Assembly: GCA_965223265.1 (NCBI GenBank) | Contig: OZ244999.1 | Coordinates: 3,488,001-3,552,000 of the forward strand | Direction: 5' to 3' | DNA from: Planctomycetota bacterium | GTDB lineage: Bacteria > Planctomycetota > UBA8108 > SXIK01 | DNA length: 64,000 nucleotides | In this document: piece after piece, positions 50,081 to 60,250 of the stretch | Position numbering within the stretch: the first letter of the stretch is position 1 | How the letters are laid out: every line of letters begins with the position of its first letter | Program-made: the position numbers and the translations under genes | Notes under the pieces: generated by a model | The model's database searches: none | Seen by the model: only the letters and a program-made list of their open reading frames with translations | What the model was told of the DNA's origin: nothing

Positions 50081-52983
50081 CAGGCGAAACGTTCATAGAA
50101 GTTGCGGAAAGTGTCGCGGTGCGGTGGTGGGACTGGGCCGTGGCGATCAGCTGGCAAGTCGCCCTTCTTGTCGCAGTGATCGCCGCCGTGGCTGTTCTTG
50201 GACGGAGAATGCCGGGGCAATTTCGCTACCTGTTGTGGTGCATCGTCCTCATTAAGGTATTCGTTCCACCGTCGCTGACCTCGCCTTGGAGCGTCGGAGA
50301 GTTGTCGGGCACCATCGCGGTGCGAGAACTCGTGCGTGACCCGACGAATGCCAGCGACGACGTCCACCCTGAACGTCCCGTGCCGACATCGACATCGCGG
50401 GCGGCGACTTCAGCTCCCGCGACTCGGTCTCTCCAACTGCCGCCGCAGCGAAACGACGCTTCGACCGAGCGTGCTACTCCTGGGCCGCCGGTCTCCGAGC
50501 CCGCGACTGGACCTTTCGCGACGGTGCCGGCCAAAAGCGACGCGCGCTCGGACAACGCCGACCGACGTGCGGCGTCAATGGCGACGCTGCGCCTCGCGGC
50601 GCTATCTGTGTGGCTGATCGGCTTCGTGGCCATCGTCGGGGTCGTTCTGTTTCGTTATGCGCGGGTTCTGCGCCAGTTGCGCTCGGCGCAGGTGGTTGAA
50701 GAAGGAACGCTTCGCGTGCTCATCGAACGCCTCACGCAGCGGCTTGGACGGAAAGATGCACCGGAACTGTTGCTCTCGGATGACGCGCGCAGCCCATTTT
50801 TCCTCGGCGTCATCCGCCCGCGCATCGTCTTGCCTGCCTCTTTAGCGACGACGCTCGAGCGGAAGGAACTCGAGAGCGTTCTTCTTCACGAGCTGGTTCA
50901 TTGGCGTCGCGCAGACATTTCGGTCGCGTGGTTGCAGGTGCTGGCTCAAGCGACCCTCTGGTTTCATCCACTCGTCTGGTTGGCGAACTCGCGGATTCGG
51001 CGCGAACGTGAAACCGCATGCGACGAGGCGGCGCTCTCCGTCGGGGTCTCACAGCCGCAAGTTTATGGTGAATCACTCTTAAAAGTCCTCTTGGCAGCGC
51101 GCGGGCGTCCAGCGGTGGCCCCCGGTCACTTGGGAATCTGCGAGCGACACACGGATCTTCGCAGGCGATTGGAGAACGTCATGAATCTCGAGAATCGAAG
51201 CACGAAGGTCGGATTCTACAGCTGGCTTTTTCTATCACTTTTTGCGCTCGCATTTTTGCCGATGGCGCGCAGTAGTGGTGACACGCCGCCACCCCTGCGA
51301 TCGGTCCACTTCGTTGTTGGTGCGGACGCGCTGACCTTCGAGGGAGAGGAAGTCGCGCTTGTCGACCTACGCTCTAAACTCGAGCGTGTCGACCACCGTT
51401 CTCGGGTTGCACTCTGCTACGCCGTCGACGACAGAAACATCCCGCCCGAGCGCGTCGACGCCATGAAAACAGTGTTGTTGTCTCTCACTCAAGAACTTGG
51501 CTTTCAGTACCTCAGCGATATCGGACGCCACCCGCTCGGCTCGTATGGCACGGCCGCCACGTCGTTCACCGAGCGCCTGGTGGTGGAGGTGGAGGTCGAC
51601 GTCGAGCGGGATCCGGAGGATACGCGCCTGACGGTGCAGCACGCCTGCGCTTCGATCTGCGCCGCCGCCGGGATTCCGTTCCTCCAAGAAAAAACCGCTG
51701 CCTCAGCAGATCCCGTAGGGCGACGTTACATCTCTCCAGTACGGGTCAAAGGCGTGCTGGCCGAGAAGGCGCTCCTCGACGTGTTGAATCCTGTCGGACT
51801 CCGTTTCGATTTCGATGAGACGGGGCTGTTCCTCTACTTCCCCGGCGAGTTTCAAACGGCAAGAAGAGAAACTGCGCGGGAGCAAACGGAGTCAGGAGCG
51901 ACGGCGAAAAAATCGCTTCAGGGACTCATCAACGACGCGACAAGCGGTCAGGTCGTGCGGGTGCCGGCTGGGACGCACTCGGGGCCGCTCGTCATCACGA
52001 AGCCCCTGACACTCCGCGGTGCAGGTGCCGACAAAAGTGTGATCGAGTTCCTTGGCAACGACCCGGCAGTTCTCGTGCGTGACGTCGACGGAGTGCAGAT
52101 CGAGGACGTGACGGTGCGTTGGAGCCCTATGTCGACCGAAAGGAGGATTGAGTACCCGGCTGCGATCGGCGTACGCGATGCCAAGCTGACCGTTCGGCGC
52201 TGCCACCTAGGGCCGATTGAACGACCTGAGCTCACGCCGTACGGTCTCCTTGCGACCGGGCGCTCAGACGTCACGTTCACCGCTGGGTCGACCACTGGAT
52301 TCGCCTACACACTCATGTTCACAGATGGTGCCCGCGGCACGGTCAGTGACTCTGTTCTCATGAAGGCGGGTCACAGCGTGATCACGCTGCATGAGCACTC
52401 GCGCGTCCGCATCGAGCGGAACATCTTGGCTCGCTGCGGCTACCACGCAGTTCGTAACACTGGCGGTACGATGGAAATGTTGAATAACCTAGTCGCCGAC
52501 AACGTCCGAGCGGGTGCGTACCTGGGAAACAAGCCGGCGCACGGCTCGATCGTGAACAATCTCTTCACCGGGAGCAACGGCGCGATCTGGGGCTATTCCT
52601 ATTCGGACGTCGAGCTGCGAAGCAACCTCTTCTTCAAATCGCGCGGCGCGGCGATCGGCTTTCGTGACACCTGCCGGCTCAAGATCGTCGGCAACAGCTT
52701 CGTGGACAACCCGGTCGCGTTGATCAAGTACGGCGACAAGGACTCGGCCGGAGCCGGTGCGACGGCGCAGCGTAATCACTACTGGCAGAACGCGGAAGAG
52801 ACCCAAAACTTCAACAAAGAGGAATCGGCAGTCACCGGGAATCCACGCTTTGGCAACGCGGCGCAAGGAGATTTCCGCGTCACCGAGAACTCGCCGCTCA
52901 TGCAGGACGGCCAAGTTGTGGGCGGACTGACCGATGCGGAGCTGATTAGCAAGTTGTGGCAGCGCTATACGAACCAAGAGTGA
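50077..52983 (+). CDS. BlaR1-type M56 metallopeptidase sensor with C-terminal right-handed beta-helix
   Basis: SPFFLGVIRPRIVLP, LLHELVH, WFHPLVW, RETACD; SLQGLINDA..G.V.VPAG..ITKPLTLRGAG and parallel beta-helix repeats. Confidence 0.9.
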   Translation: MTGETFIEVAESVAVRWWDWAVAISWQVALLVAVIAAVAVLGRRMPGQFRYLLWCIVLIKVFVPPSLTSPWSVGELSGTIAVRELVRDPTNASDDVHPERPVPTSTSRAATSAPATRSLQLPPQRNDASTERATPGPPVSEPATGPFATVPAKSDARSDNADRRAASMATLRLAALSVWLIGFVAIVGVVLFRYARVLRQLRSAQVVEEGTLRVLIERLTQRLGRKDAPELLLSDDARSPFFLGVIRPRIVLPASLATTLERKELESVLLHELVHWRRADISVAWLQVLAQATLWFHPLVWLANSRIRRERETACDEAALSVGVSQPQVYGESLLKVLLAARGRPAVAPGHLGICERHTDLRRRLENVMNLENRSTKVGFYSWLFLSLFALAFLPMARSSGDTPPPLRSVHFVVGADALTFEGEEVALVDLRSKLERVDHRSRVALCYAVDDRNIPPERVDAMKTVLLSLTQELGFQYLSDIGRHPLGSYGTAATSFTERLVVEVEVDVERDPEDTRLTVQHACASICAAAGIPFLQEKTAASADPVGRRYISPVRVKGVLAEKALLDVLNPVGLRFDFDETGLFLYFPGEFQTARRETAREQTESGATAKKSLQGLINDATSGQVVRVPAGTHSGPLVITKPLTLRGAGADKSVIEFLGNDPAVLVRDVDGVQIEDVTVRWSPMSTERRIEYPAAIGVRDAKLTVRRCHLGPIERPELTPYGLLATGRSDVTFTAGSTTGFAYTLMFTDGARGTVSDSVLMKAGHSVITLHEHSRVRIERNILARCGYHAVRNTGGTMEMLNNLVADNVRAGAYLGNKPAHGSIVNNLFTGSNGAIWGYSYSDVELRSNLFFKSRGAAIGFRDTCRLKIVGNSFVDNPVALIKYGDKDSAGAGATAQRNHYWQNAEETQNFNKEESAVTGNPRFGNAAQGDFRVTENSPLMQDGQVVGGLTDAELISKLWQRYTNQE

Positions 52984-53127
52984 GTCGTTCGCTCGTCGAG
53001 CCTTTTTGGACGAGGCGCAGCTTCGTTCCGACATCGCTTACACTATGCGAGAAGAACGACGACCAGCTACTTTCCGGTGGCGACCAGAGACGACGGCAGA
53101 ACTGAACGCCTAACGTGGGAGGGCATC

Positions 53128-54061
53128 ATGCGAAATCTCGTCATTTTCACGTCCGTCACAGTTTTCATCGTGAACCTTCCGTGTCACGGCCAGGATGCGC
53201 CTCGTGACGATGAAAAGATCATTCGCAACTTGACAGACAAATACGTGGCGATGATCCGTACCGAAGATCGCACGTCGCTCGAGGCGATTGAAAGCATGCT
53301 GGCCGATGAGTACACGCAGATTAACTCTTCAGGAAAGGTCTATTCGGGGAAGGCCGCGAACCTCGCGTTCTACGAGGAAGCGTTCGATGACATCGACCGC
53401 AATTTCAAGAGCCTGACGACGAAGTACGACATTCAATCGGTGAAGATCCTTCCACGCTCAGCCCTGGTCTTCGGTCGACTGAAAATGACTGGAGTGCTCA
53501 AAGACCGCAATCGACCGTTCAATTGGGACATACTGGAGTCTCTACTTCGAGAAAACTCCGGACGGCTGGAAATTGACGCATGAACATTCAACGAGGGTGG
53601 ATTCGGATGACTCGCCCCGCGCCGCACTCCGGAAGAAGTTCAGCGCTCGAATGAAGAAAGACAGACAAACCTATACCGCCGAGCAAATCGCAGAGATCGA
53701 GCGCGTCTATCAGGTGGCCGATCAAAAACCGAGGAGCGAAGAAGCGAGAGATGGGTTGAAGAAGCTCGCGGAGAAATACGGCAAGGCCAATCGTGCCGGG
53801 TGTGGTCTCCTCTACCTGGCACGATGGTCCGAGGGGAAAGAGCGAGAAGGCCGTCTCCGAGCTGCCATCGCCAATCACAGCGATTGCATGTATGGTGACG
53901 GCGTTGAGGTCGGTGCCTATGCGCGCTACTACCTAGCGAAGTATTATCAGGGCACTGGCAAGACGGAAGAGGCTCAGCGGCTCTACCAGGAGATTCGCGA
54001 CAACTATCCGAACGCTGTAACGCACGGGGGAGAGCCCTTGAAGGATCACATTCCGGATTAA
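53128..54061 (+). CDS. Secreted NTF2/DUF4440 + TPR-like protein, frameshift ~53543
   Basis: LADEYTQINSSG...ALVFG; other frame gives FEKTPDGWKLTHEHS then helical ARYYLAKYY..GKTEEAQRLYQEI. Confidence 0.75.
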
Positions 54062-54093
54062 GGAGTGCGAAGCCCGAGAGCGGCGAAACAGAA

Positions 54094-56598
54094 ATGGCGC
54101 AGAATATGATGTCCGTTTCAAAGCCTGCTCTTTGGGCGGTGGGGGGCGCCGCCGTTCTCGCCGTTCTCAGTCTCTGCATTGTCTGGACGTGGGTCGAGCC
54201 GGAGAGAGCTGAGCGGCGATCAGCAATCCCGAACGAATCGCGCGAGTTGTCCAGCGGCGATCAGACAAACGACACGTCGATTGATCGGAACGATCGACGA
54301 GATCAGCACATCGGGACTCCGCTGCCGCCACCGGAGAAAACCGCTGCACTGCGACTCGCCGGGCGCGTCAGGCTGCCGGATGGGTCGCCGGTCGAGCACG
54401 CCGAGGTCTCGATCGCGGGCGGGAACACCTCCAAGACGAGGACGAATGCCGACGGCCTGTTCGAGCTGCGAGACGTTGTGCCGGGCCTGCACGAAGTACG
54501 TGTCCGACGTGACGGGATCGCAGAGACGCTGTTCCGCGGCGTTCGCGTCACCGCGGCGAAGAATGCGTTCATAGAGATGACTGTCGAGATCGGGCGTGTG
54601 CTCGGCGGACGCGTCGTCGACGATGATGGATACGGAATCGACGGAGTCGAGGTCACGGCAGTCGAGCCCTCTTGGAACGAAACCGAACAGGGGCCCGGCC
54701 AGACGCGCGTACACACTGACGCGAATGGGAACTTCGTGTTCGACACGCTTTGGGACGTCACGTACCAACTCTCCACGGCCGCGAAGACTCCGTTTCCACC
54801 GCTGCACTACCCGAGGGAATACGAAACAGGCCGAAGCGACGTCGTGTTGGTCGTGGCACGCGGGGCTGTCTTCGCTGGCAGGGTCGTGAACGCACTGACG
54901 TCGGAAGGCGTCGCGGCGGCGAGTGTGAAATTCACGTGGCGCGGGTCGGGCGACGCTGACTTTCCGGCATCTCACAGTTCCTCCAGCGGCGTCGCCAAGA
55001 CTGACGAACTCGGGGACTTTGCGTTCTGCTTCGGCGCTCCGGGATCGCTCCAGCTCAGCGCGCATCAGCTCGGTTATTCTCGCTCTGACGTATTGGATCT
55101 ACGTGAGGCGCAGCCCGGAGACAAGGTCGAGGGCATCGAAATCATTCTCGTCCCTATCGGGGCAGGTCGTCTCAAGGGGCAAGTCGTCAACACAAACGAG
55201 GCATCTGTCGCAGCGGCGCGAGTTACGCTGGGGCAGCCCGTTCTGTACGTCAACCGAGCAAGCGGAGCGTTCCATCGGGATCGGTCTGCAACTTCGGATC
55301 AGATTCACGTAACCAGTGACACCGAGGGCAGGTTCGAAGTCTCGCTTTCGCGCATCCACCCCCGTCGCTCTTACCTCATCCAGGCGCAGCACGCAGAACA
55401 CGGGATCTCGCAACCTGCCGAAGTGTACTTCGAGCAGCTGACCGAGCCGATCTCTATCCCTCCACTCGTCCTCGAGACCGCAGCAACGCTGAAGGGAGTC
55501 GTCTCTTCCAATGATGGCGCCGACGTTCCGAATGCGCGGGTCGAGCTTGACGCCTGGGATCCACGTGTCACGAAGACAGAGGCAAAGAGGCGTACACTCA
55601 CGAACGCTTGGTGCCAAACCGTATCGACGACGACTAACGCGGCGGGAGAATTCGAGCTCACTTCACTAGCAGCGGGCCGCTACCAGCTCAGGGTCACGGC
55701 TGCGGCGCACGTCGATGTGACAACCGCTCCGATCCTGCTGGAAGCTGGCCGCACGCATGAGGAGAAAGTCAACCTCGAGCCTGCGTTGACGATCGCGGGG
55801 GCGGTCGCCGGCGCGGATGGTCAGTCCGTCGTGGCTGCACGTGTCACCGCAACCCAAACGAACGCTACGACGCATCCCGCCAGACTCGACACAGAGACCG
55901 ATCTTGACGGGATCTACCGGTTCGAGGACGTGCCGCCGGGAATGTATCGAATCGAAGTCCAGCCGCAAGGTTTTGTCAAACAGGCGCGCCTCGGAGTCTT
56001 CGCCGGTGCTGCTGACGTCGACTTCATGTTCGCAGTCTCGGGTGCACTGAATGTTTCGGCCGTGGACGCTTCGTCGAGAAAAGGGCTCACGGACTTTCAA
56101 GTCCGTCTCTGGCCACGGGTGGGCGCGAGCGAGTTTCCTCTGGCGCGAGACACGCTCGGTGAGGACCGCCGCGCCCACCCCGGTAGCTACTCCTTGGAAA
56201 TCTTGGCGGCGGGCTATGTCCCGTGGTGGCTGGACGACGTGTCTGTTGCCTCAGGCGAGACGAAAGAAGTCGAGGCGATCTTGGAGACTGGACTCGTGAT
56301 CGCTGGAACGGTGCTGGATTCCCTCGGTGCCCCAGTCCACGGCGCACGCCTCGACGTTCGCCCCGTTCGCAGGCATCGGCGAACACGTTCACGTGTGATC
56401 ATCTTCACAGATGCGACCGGCAGCTTTCGCGCCTCAGGATTCGTCGCCGGCGACTACCGGATGAGTGTCTTTCATGCCGGGTATGAGGAGCAGCACGCGG
56501 AATTCCGCCTCAGCGACAGCGACGCGGGCGTGCCCCGGCAACCTGAGGATTCGGCGGAGCGACTGAAGGTGTGGCTCACGCCGACCAGTGAACCGTAA
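54094..56598 (+). CDS. Membrane-anchored carboxypeptidase-regulatory-like repeat protein
   Basis: N-terminal TM; repeated GRVxxxDGxP / TxxxGxF..L..G.Y units. Confidence 0.85.
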   Translation: MAQNMMSVSKPALWAVGGAAVLAVLSLCIVWTWVEPERAERRSAIPNESRELSSGDQTNDTSIDRNDRRDQHIGTPLPPPEKTAALRLAGRVRLPDGSPVEHAEVSIAGGNTSKTRTNADGLFELRDVVPGLHEVRVRRDGIAETLFRGVRVTAAKNAFIEMTVEIGRVLGGRVVDDDGYGIDGVEVTAVEPSWNETEQGPGQTRVHTDANGNFVFDTLWDVTYQLSTAAKTPFPPLHYPREYETGRSDVVLVVARGAVFAGRVVNALTSEGVAAASVKFTWRGSGDADFPASHSSSSGVAKTDELGDFAFCFGAPGSLQLSAHQLGYSRSDVLDLREAQPGDKVEGIEIILVPIGAGRLKGQVVNTNEASVAAARVTLGQPVLYVNRASGAFHRDRSATSDQIHVTSDTEGRFEVSLSRIHPRRSYLIQAQHAEHGISQPAEVYFEQLTEPISIPPLVLETAATLKGVVSSNDGADVPNARVELDAWDPRVTKTEAKRRTLTNAWCQTVSTTTNAAGEFELTSLAAGRYQLRVTAAAHVDVTTAPILLEAGRTHEEKVNLEPALTIAGAVAGADGQSVVAARVTATQTNATTHPARLDTETDLDGIYRFEDVPPGMYRIEVQPQGFVKQARLGVFAGAADVDFMFAVSGALNVSAVDASSRKGLTDFQVRLWPRVGASEFPLARDTLGEDRRAHPGSYSLEILAAGYVPWWLDDVSVASGETKEVEAILETGLVIAGTVLDSLGAPVHGARLDVRPVRRHRRTRSRVIIFTDATGSFRASGFVAGDYRMSVFHAGYEEQHAEFRLSDSDAGVPRQPEDSAERLKVWLTPTSEP

Positions 56599-57423
56599 GA
56601 CCTCGGACTTCACCTCGGAGAAGGAGCCTGTATAGGGACCGGATTTCCCTCGGTTAACCGTCGGCCCTTCGCCGACAAATCGCCATTTCCCACCGCGCTC
56701 AAGGAGCACGTAGAGGCGCCTCTCCTCCCGATGGTGACCTGACCCGCCGCCAGGAGCTTCTGCCCAACCGATCTCGTACACGACGCCGAGCGACGGATGC
56801 GCCGCTTTGCGAGCGGCGTAATCGCCGGCGCCATGATCGGAGCTGGGCACCTTGTCATGGAGCTTCGCGACGGCACGAATATTGTTGCCGCGAAGGATCC
56901 TGCGCGGTCCGCCAGGTGCCTCCTCCTCATAGCGGAGGAGGACCCAGCGCAGCGGTCTTTCTGCCGGGCGGTACACGTAGGCGCGATCAAGCGTGAATTC
57001 AGGATCTCCGTTCGCGTCGATCGTTATCCACATGAGATCTTGTCCCGCCCAGGCGAAAGTGGGACGCGCAGCGCGCACGAGCTCCTTCCAAGACTCCGCC
57101 TGCAGCCGAAACGCTTTCTCTGGGAGTGTCTGCCCGATCAAAGGATAACAGCCTGCTGAAGAAGTGCTTCGAGCCGAAAACTGGTTCTTCGCGTCCAGAT
57201 CGGCTGCGGCAAACGCAGGTAATCTCCGAGATCTTTGAGTATTGACGCCGTCGAGCTGGGCGTGAAGAGGCCAGTTTCTCGGCCGAATGACTTTTTCAAC
57301 GGGCTGATAAGGTAGAGCAGACTCTTTCTTTGGAGTCTCGACTCCAAAGAGCAGCTGTCCGCTCAAGACACAGGTCAAGAAAACGCGTGTTGTCATAACC
57401 ATACTCTTTAGCTTCTCCATCAC
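56434..57423 (-). CDS. Hypothetical exported protein carrying an in-frame MITE-A insertion
   Basis: Signal-like N-terminus; ORF stays open across MITE; 3' end overlaps convergent gene, so true end uncertain. Confidence 0.55.
   Translation of the reverse strand: MMEKLKSMVMTTRVFLTCVLSGQLLFGVETPKKESALPYQPVEKVIRPRNWPLHAQLDGVNTQRSRRLPAFAAADLDAKNQFSARSTSSAGCYPLIGQTLPEKAFRLQAESWKELVRAARPTFAWAGQDLMWITIDANGDPEFTLDRAYVYRPAERPLRWVLLRYEEEAPGGPRRILRGNNIRAVAKLHDKVPSSDHGAGDYAARKAAHPSLGVVYEIGWAEAPGGGSGHHREERRLYVLLERGGKWRFVGEGPTVNRGKSGPYTGSFSEVKSEVLRFTGRREPHLQSLRRILRLPGHARVAVAEAEFRVLLLIPGMKDTHPVVAGDES
57149..57306 (+). mobile_element. MITE-A copy 3 (158 bp, ATAA target duplication)
   Basis: ATAA at 57145-57148 and 57307-57310; near-identical to copy 2. 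Confidence 0.92.
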
Positions 57424-57599
57424 ATCGCAGGCGATCTGTCGGCGCGTCGTGCCGTGTTCTTTGCAGCATCGCTCGAGGTCAGTGGGGGTAAGTCGAGCAG
57501 CTCAATTCGCTGCGGTCGGCGAGAATGAACGTGCGTGTGCTCCGCCCGCTCGGGTTAGCCCCATCGCGTCTCGAGCTTCAGTGCGTCTCAACACGACAT

Positions 57600-58058
57600 T
57601 CACGCCTCGAAAAAAAAACCAGGCCATAGTGCTTCCCATTCTCTACGGCACCGTAAAAAACCGGCCAGCGCCCCTGCCGCCAACAACGTAGTCAGGAAAT
57701 GACCGAAGGCAAAGTCGCGGTAGGGAGTGACCAGGGCCATGCCCGTTGTCAGAATCACGACGAGACAACATGCCGCTGACGCCCGGAGTGCCAGTCGCCA
57801 CCCGTGCAGCACCGTACACGCGGAAACTCCGATCAGAGTGCACAAGGTCGACGTTGTGATCACAACGGGATGCAGCGTGTTGAGTCCTTCGTACCGCAGG
57901 GCGAAGGCTCGAATGCGGCACGCATCTGCCTCTCCCGTGACCACCAGCAAAATGGGTAACCCCAGCACCAACGGCGTCGATGACCAGGTGAGCAACTTCA
58001 GCCACCAGGGCAAAACTGAAGTGCGAGACCGAATAGCTTCTTTTCGTGGCTTCCTCAT
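57600..58058 (-). CDS. Hypothetical membrane protein
   Basis: Four hydrophobic segments; GGAAGG upstream; no family recognised. Confidence 0.45.
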   Translation of the reverse strand: MRKPRKEAIRSRTSVLPWWLKLLTWSSTPLVLGLPILLVVTGEADACRIRAFALRYEGLNTLHPVVITTSTLCTLIGVSACTVLHGWRLALRASAACCLVVILTTGMALVTPYRDFAFGHFLTTLLAAGALAGFLRCRREWEALWPGFFFEA

Positions 58059-58333
58059 GGATAAGCCTTCCTGGACGGACCCTCACGGACGGGCAGAGTC
58101 TTCGGCTATCAGGCCATCATGTCTCTCCACGTCTTTCCTCGACCGGGTGGTGAATTGTCGCACCTGCGAACCGCAAAGGGTCCGGCCTGTACCAGCGCGA
58201 TCTACGGCAAAAACTTCGCGCAAGCGGAGGCTGCATCGTAAACTGCCGCGATTTCGTCTGCTTCATGAAAATGAGGCCTCAAAGAATCACTGAACCCAAC
58301 AGATCTGGCGCGCGAACCGACCACCGAGGCACC

Positions 58334-59311
58334 ATGAAGGCCATTGTCTACGAGCAATACGGTCCACCGGAAGTGCTTCAATTGTGTGAAGTCGACACCC
58401 CCGAACCCGGCGATGGTGAGGTGCGGATCCGGATGACGGCGGTCGCGGTCAACATGGGCGACTGTGAGATGCGCCGCCCCGAGACCCCGAACTCGATTTG
58501 GGTCCTCGTGCGCCTCGTGTTCGGATGGCGCAGGCCACGAAAACGCATTCTCGGTGCCTACTTGGCCGGCACGGTCGATGCCGTCGGGACTAACGTCAAG
58601 CGGCTACGTGTGGGCGACGAGGTGATGGCGGCATCAGGCGCACGCTTCGGCGCCTACGCCGAATATCTCTGTTTGCCCGAGAGGTATCCGATCGCGATTC
58701 GACCGTCGAACATCAACGCAGCCGAAGCCTCCGGAGTTCCGCTCGGCGGCATCAACGCGCTGCACTTCTTGCGGAAGGCAAAATTACAGCCTGGAGAACA
58801 CGTGCTGGTCAATGGTGCTGGAGGAAGCTTCGGTACGTTTGCGGTGCAGCTCGCGAAGCACTACGGGGCCGAGGTCACCGCAGTCGACCACCATGACAAG
58901 CTCGAGATGATCCGCTCGCTCGGCGCGGATCACGTGATCGACTACACCTGCGAGGACTTCACTGACAACGTCGCGACCTACGACGTGATCTTCAACATGG
59001 TGATGAAGTGTCCCTACTCACGCGCGCTGCGGACGCTCAAACCGGGAGGCCGCTACCTGCTGACGAATCCCGACGGGTTCGGCCAAATTCTGCGTGCTGT
59101 CTGGACCTCGTGGACGAGTAACAAGAAGGTCGTGATCGAGATGGCAAAGGAAACCACCGCAGATCTGGAGCACCTACGAGAGCTGATCGAAGCCGGCACC
59201 CTCCGCTCGGTTGTCGATCGTACGTATCCGCTCGAGCAGGTCATCGAAGCCCACCACTACGTGGAGTCTGGTCGAAAGCACGGCAATGTGGTGCTGACGC
59301 TTGCGGAGTGA
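58334..59311 (+). CDS. NAD(P)-dependent MDR-family oxidoreductase (Zn-independent, quinone reductase-like)
   Basis: MKAIVYEQYGPPEVL, GAYAEY, VLVNGAGGSFG, LGADHVIDY, VDRTYPLEQ..EAH.YVESG. Confidence 0.92.
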   Translation: MKAIVYEQYGPPEVLQLCEVDTPEPGDGEVRIRMTAVAVNMGDCEMRRPETPNSIWVLVRLVFGWRRPRKRILGAYLAGTVDAVGTNVKRLRVGDEVMAASGARFGAYAEYLCLPERYPIAIRPSNINAAEASGVPLGGINALHFLRKAKLQPGEHVLVNGAGGSFGTFAVQLAKHYGAEVTAVDHHDKLEMIRSLGADHVIDYTCEDFTDNVATYDVIFNMVMKCPYSRALRTLKPGGRYLLTNPDGFGQILRAVWTSWTSNKKVVIEMAKETTADLEHLRELIEAGTLRSVVDRTYPLEQVIEAHHYVESGRKHGNVVLTLAE

Positions 59312-59373
59312 ACCGCCTTCCGAGTTGTCATCCCCCTGCCGCAAGCGCCTCGAGACTTCAGGCGGTGGAACGC

Positions 59374-59441
59374 GGGGTCCGACGATCAAGCGTACGGATA
59401 TCCTGAGCTCAGGATATCCGTACGCTTGATCGTCAGACCCC
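59374..59441. mobile_element. 68-bp minimal Tn3-type MITE (two fused IRs)
   Basis: GGGGTC(C/T)GACGATCAAGCGTACGGATATCCTGAG|CTCAGG...GACCCC; flanks AACGC / AATGC. Confidence 0.85.
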
Positions 59442-60250
59442 AATGCCCACGGAGAGTACCCGATCTTCGCAGTTGGCCCAATCCAACGTCGATACCCAAT
59501 GCCTGAAAAAAGTAACGGCCAAAATGCCTTCGGATCGCCGAAGAGCACGCCATTGAAAGGAGTCTCAATCGAGCCAAGAAAGAGGACCGGGGCGTGGTGC
59601 GGGTCAGCCCACGCCCCAGTCGCAGTCCGGAGGCGTTCTCCCAGGCACTTGAGAGGTGGAGTTTGAATGTGGGGTGGGGAGAGAGAGTTGTGTGCCTTGG
59701 ACGCTTCCGAACCGTTTCCTCTATACCCTCCTTGGGTCAACCTCTGGATCTCTTCATTGCCTCTTTTTCTGGCCGTCCCTATTCCCTCTTCTCGACATTG
59801 AGCGCGTTCGCTACCACGCCGGCGTTCGGGTCTCCTGCGCCCGCGAACGCCAGCGTCGAGGCCGTGCTTTCTGCGGCGGAGTGGGAGGACCTTCCTGCCG
59901 CCAGATTTATCTTTTAATCAATATCAGAATTAAAATCAACGATTCTTTTGGTCGTAAAATGTTCGGGTGGAGCCGCAGCCTTCAACGGTTTCGTCGTTGT
60001 GGCGGTCGAATCCACCGCGGTACCATGTTCGCGCTTCATACGGTGGCTCCTCGCAGTGTGCTCCCTGAGAGATCGCACTGCTGATCCGGCAATCTCTTCC
60101 TGCCCGATTCTTCTCTCCGTTCATCCGGCGCGCAAACGTTCGTTTTCTTGCGGGACGCTCTCGCATGCTCCCGAGGTATGACTCGATATTCACAGAAACG
60201 CTCGTTGGCGCGGCGAATTAGCCGCGGCCGCTATTGGCGTCGATGCGAGC

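Noticed and set aside
59450-60250. Short ORFs in a low-coding stretch
   Set aside because: No recognisable motifs or RBS; probably decayed sequence
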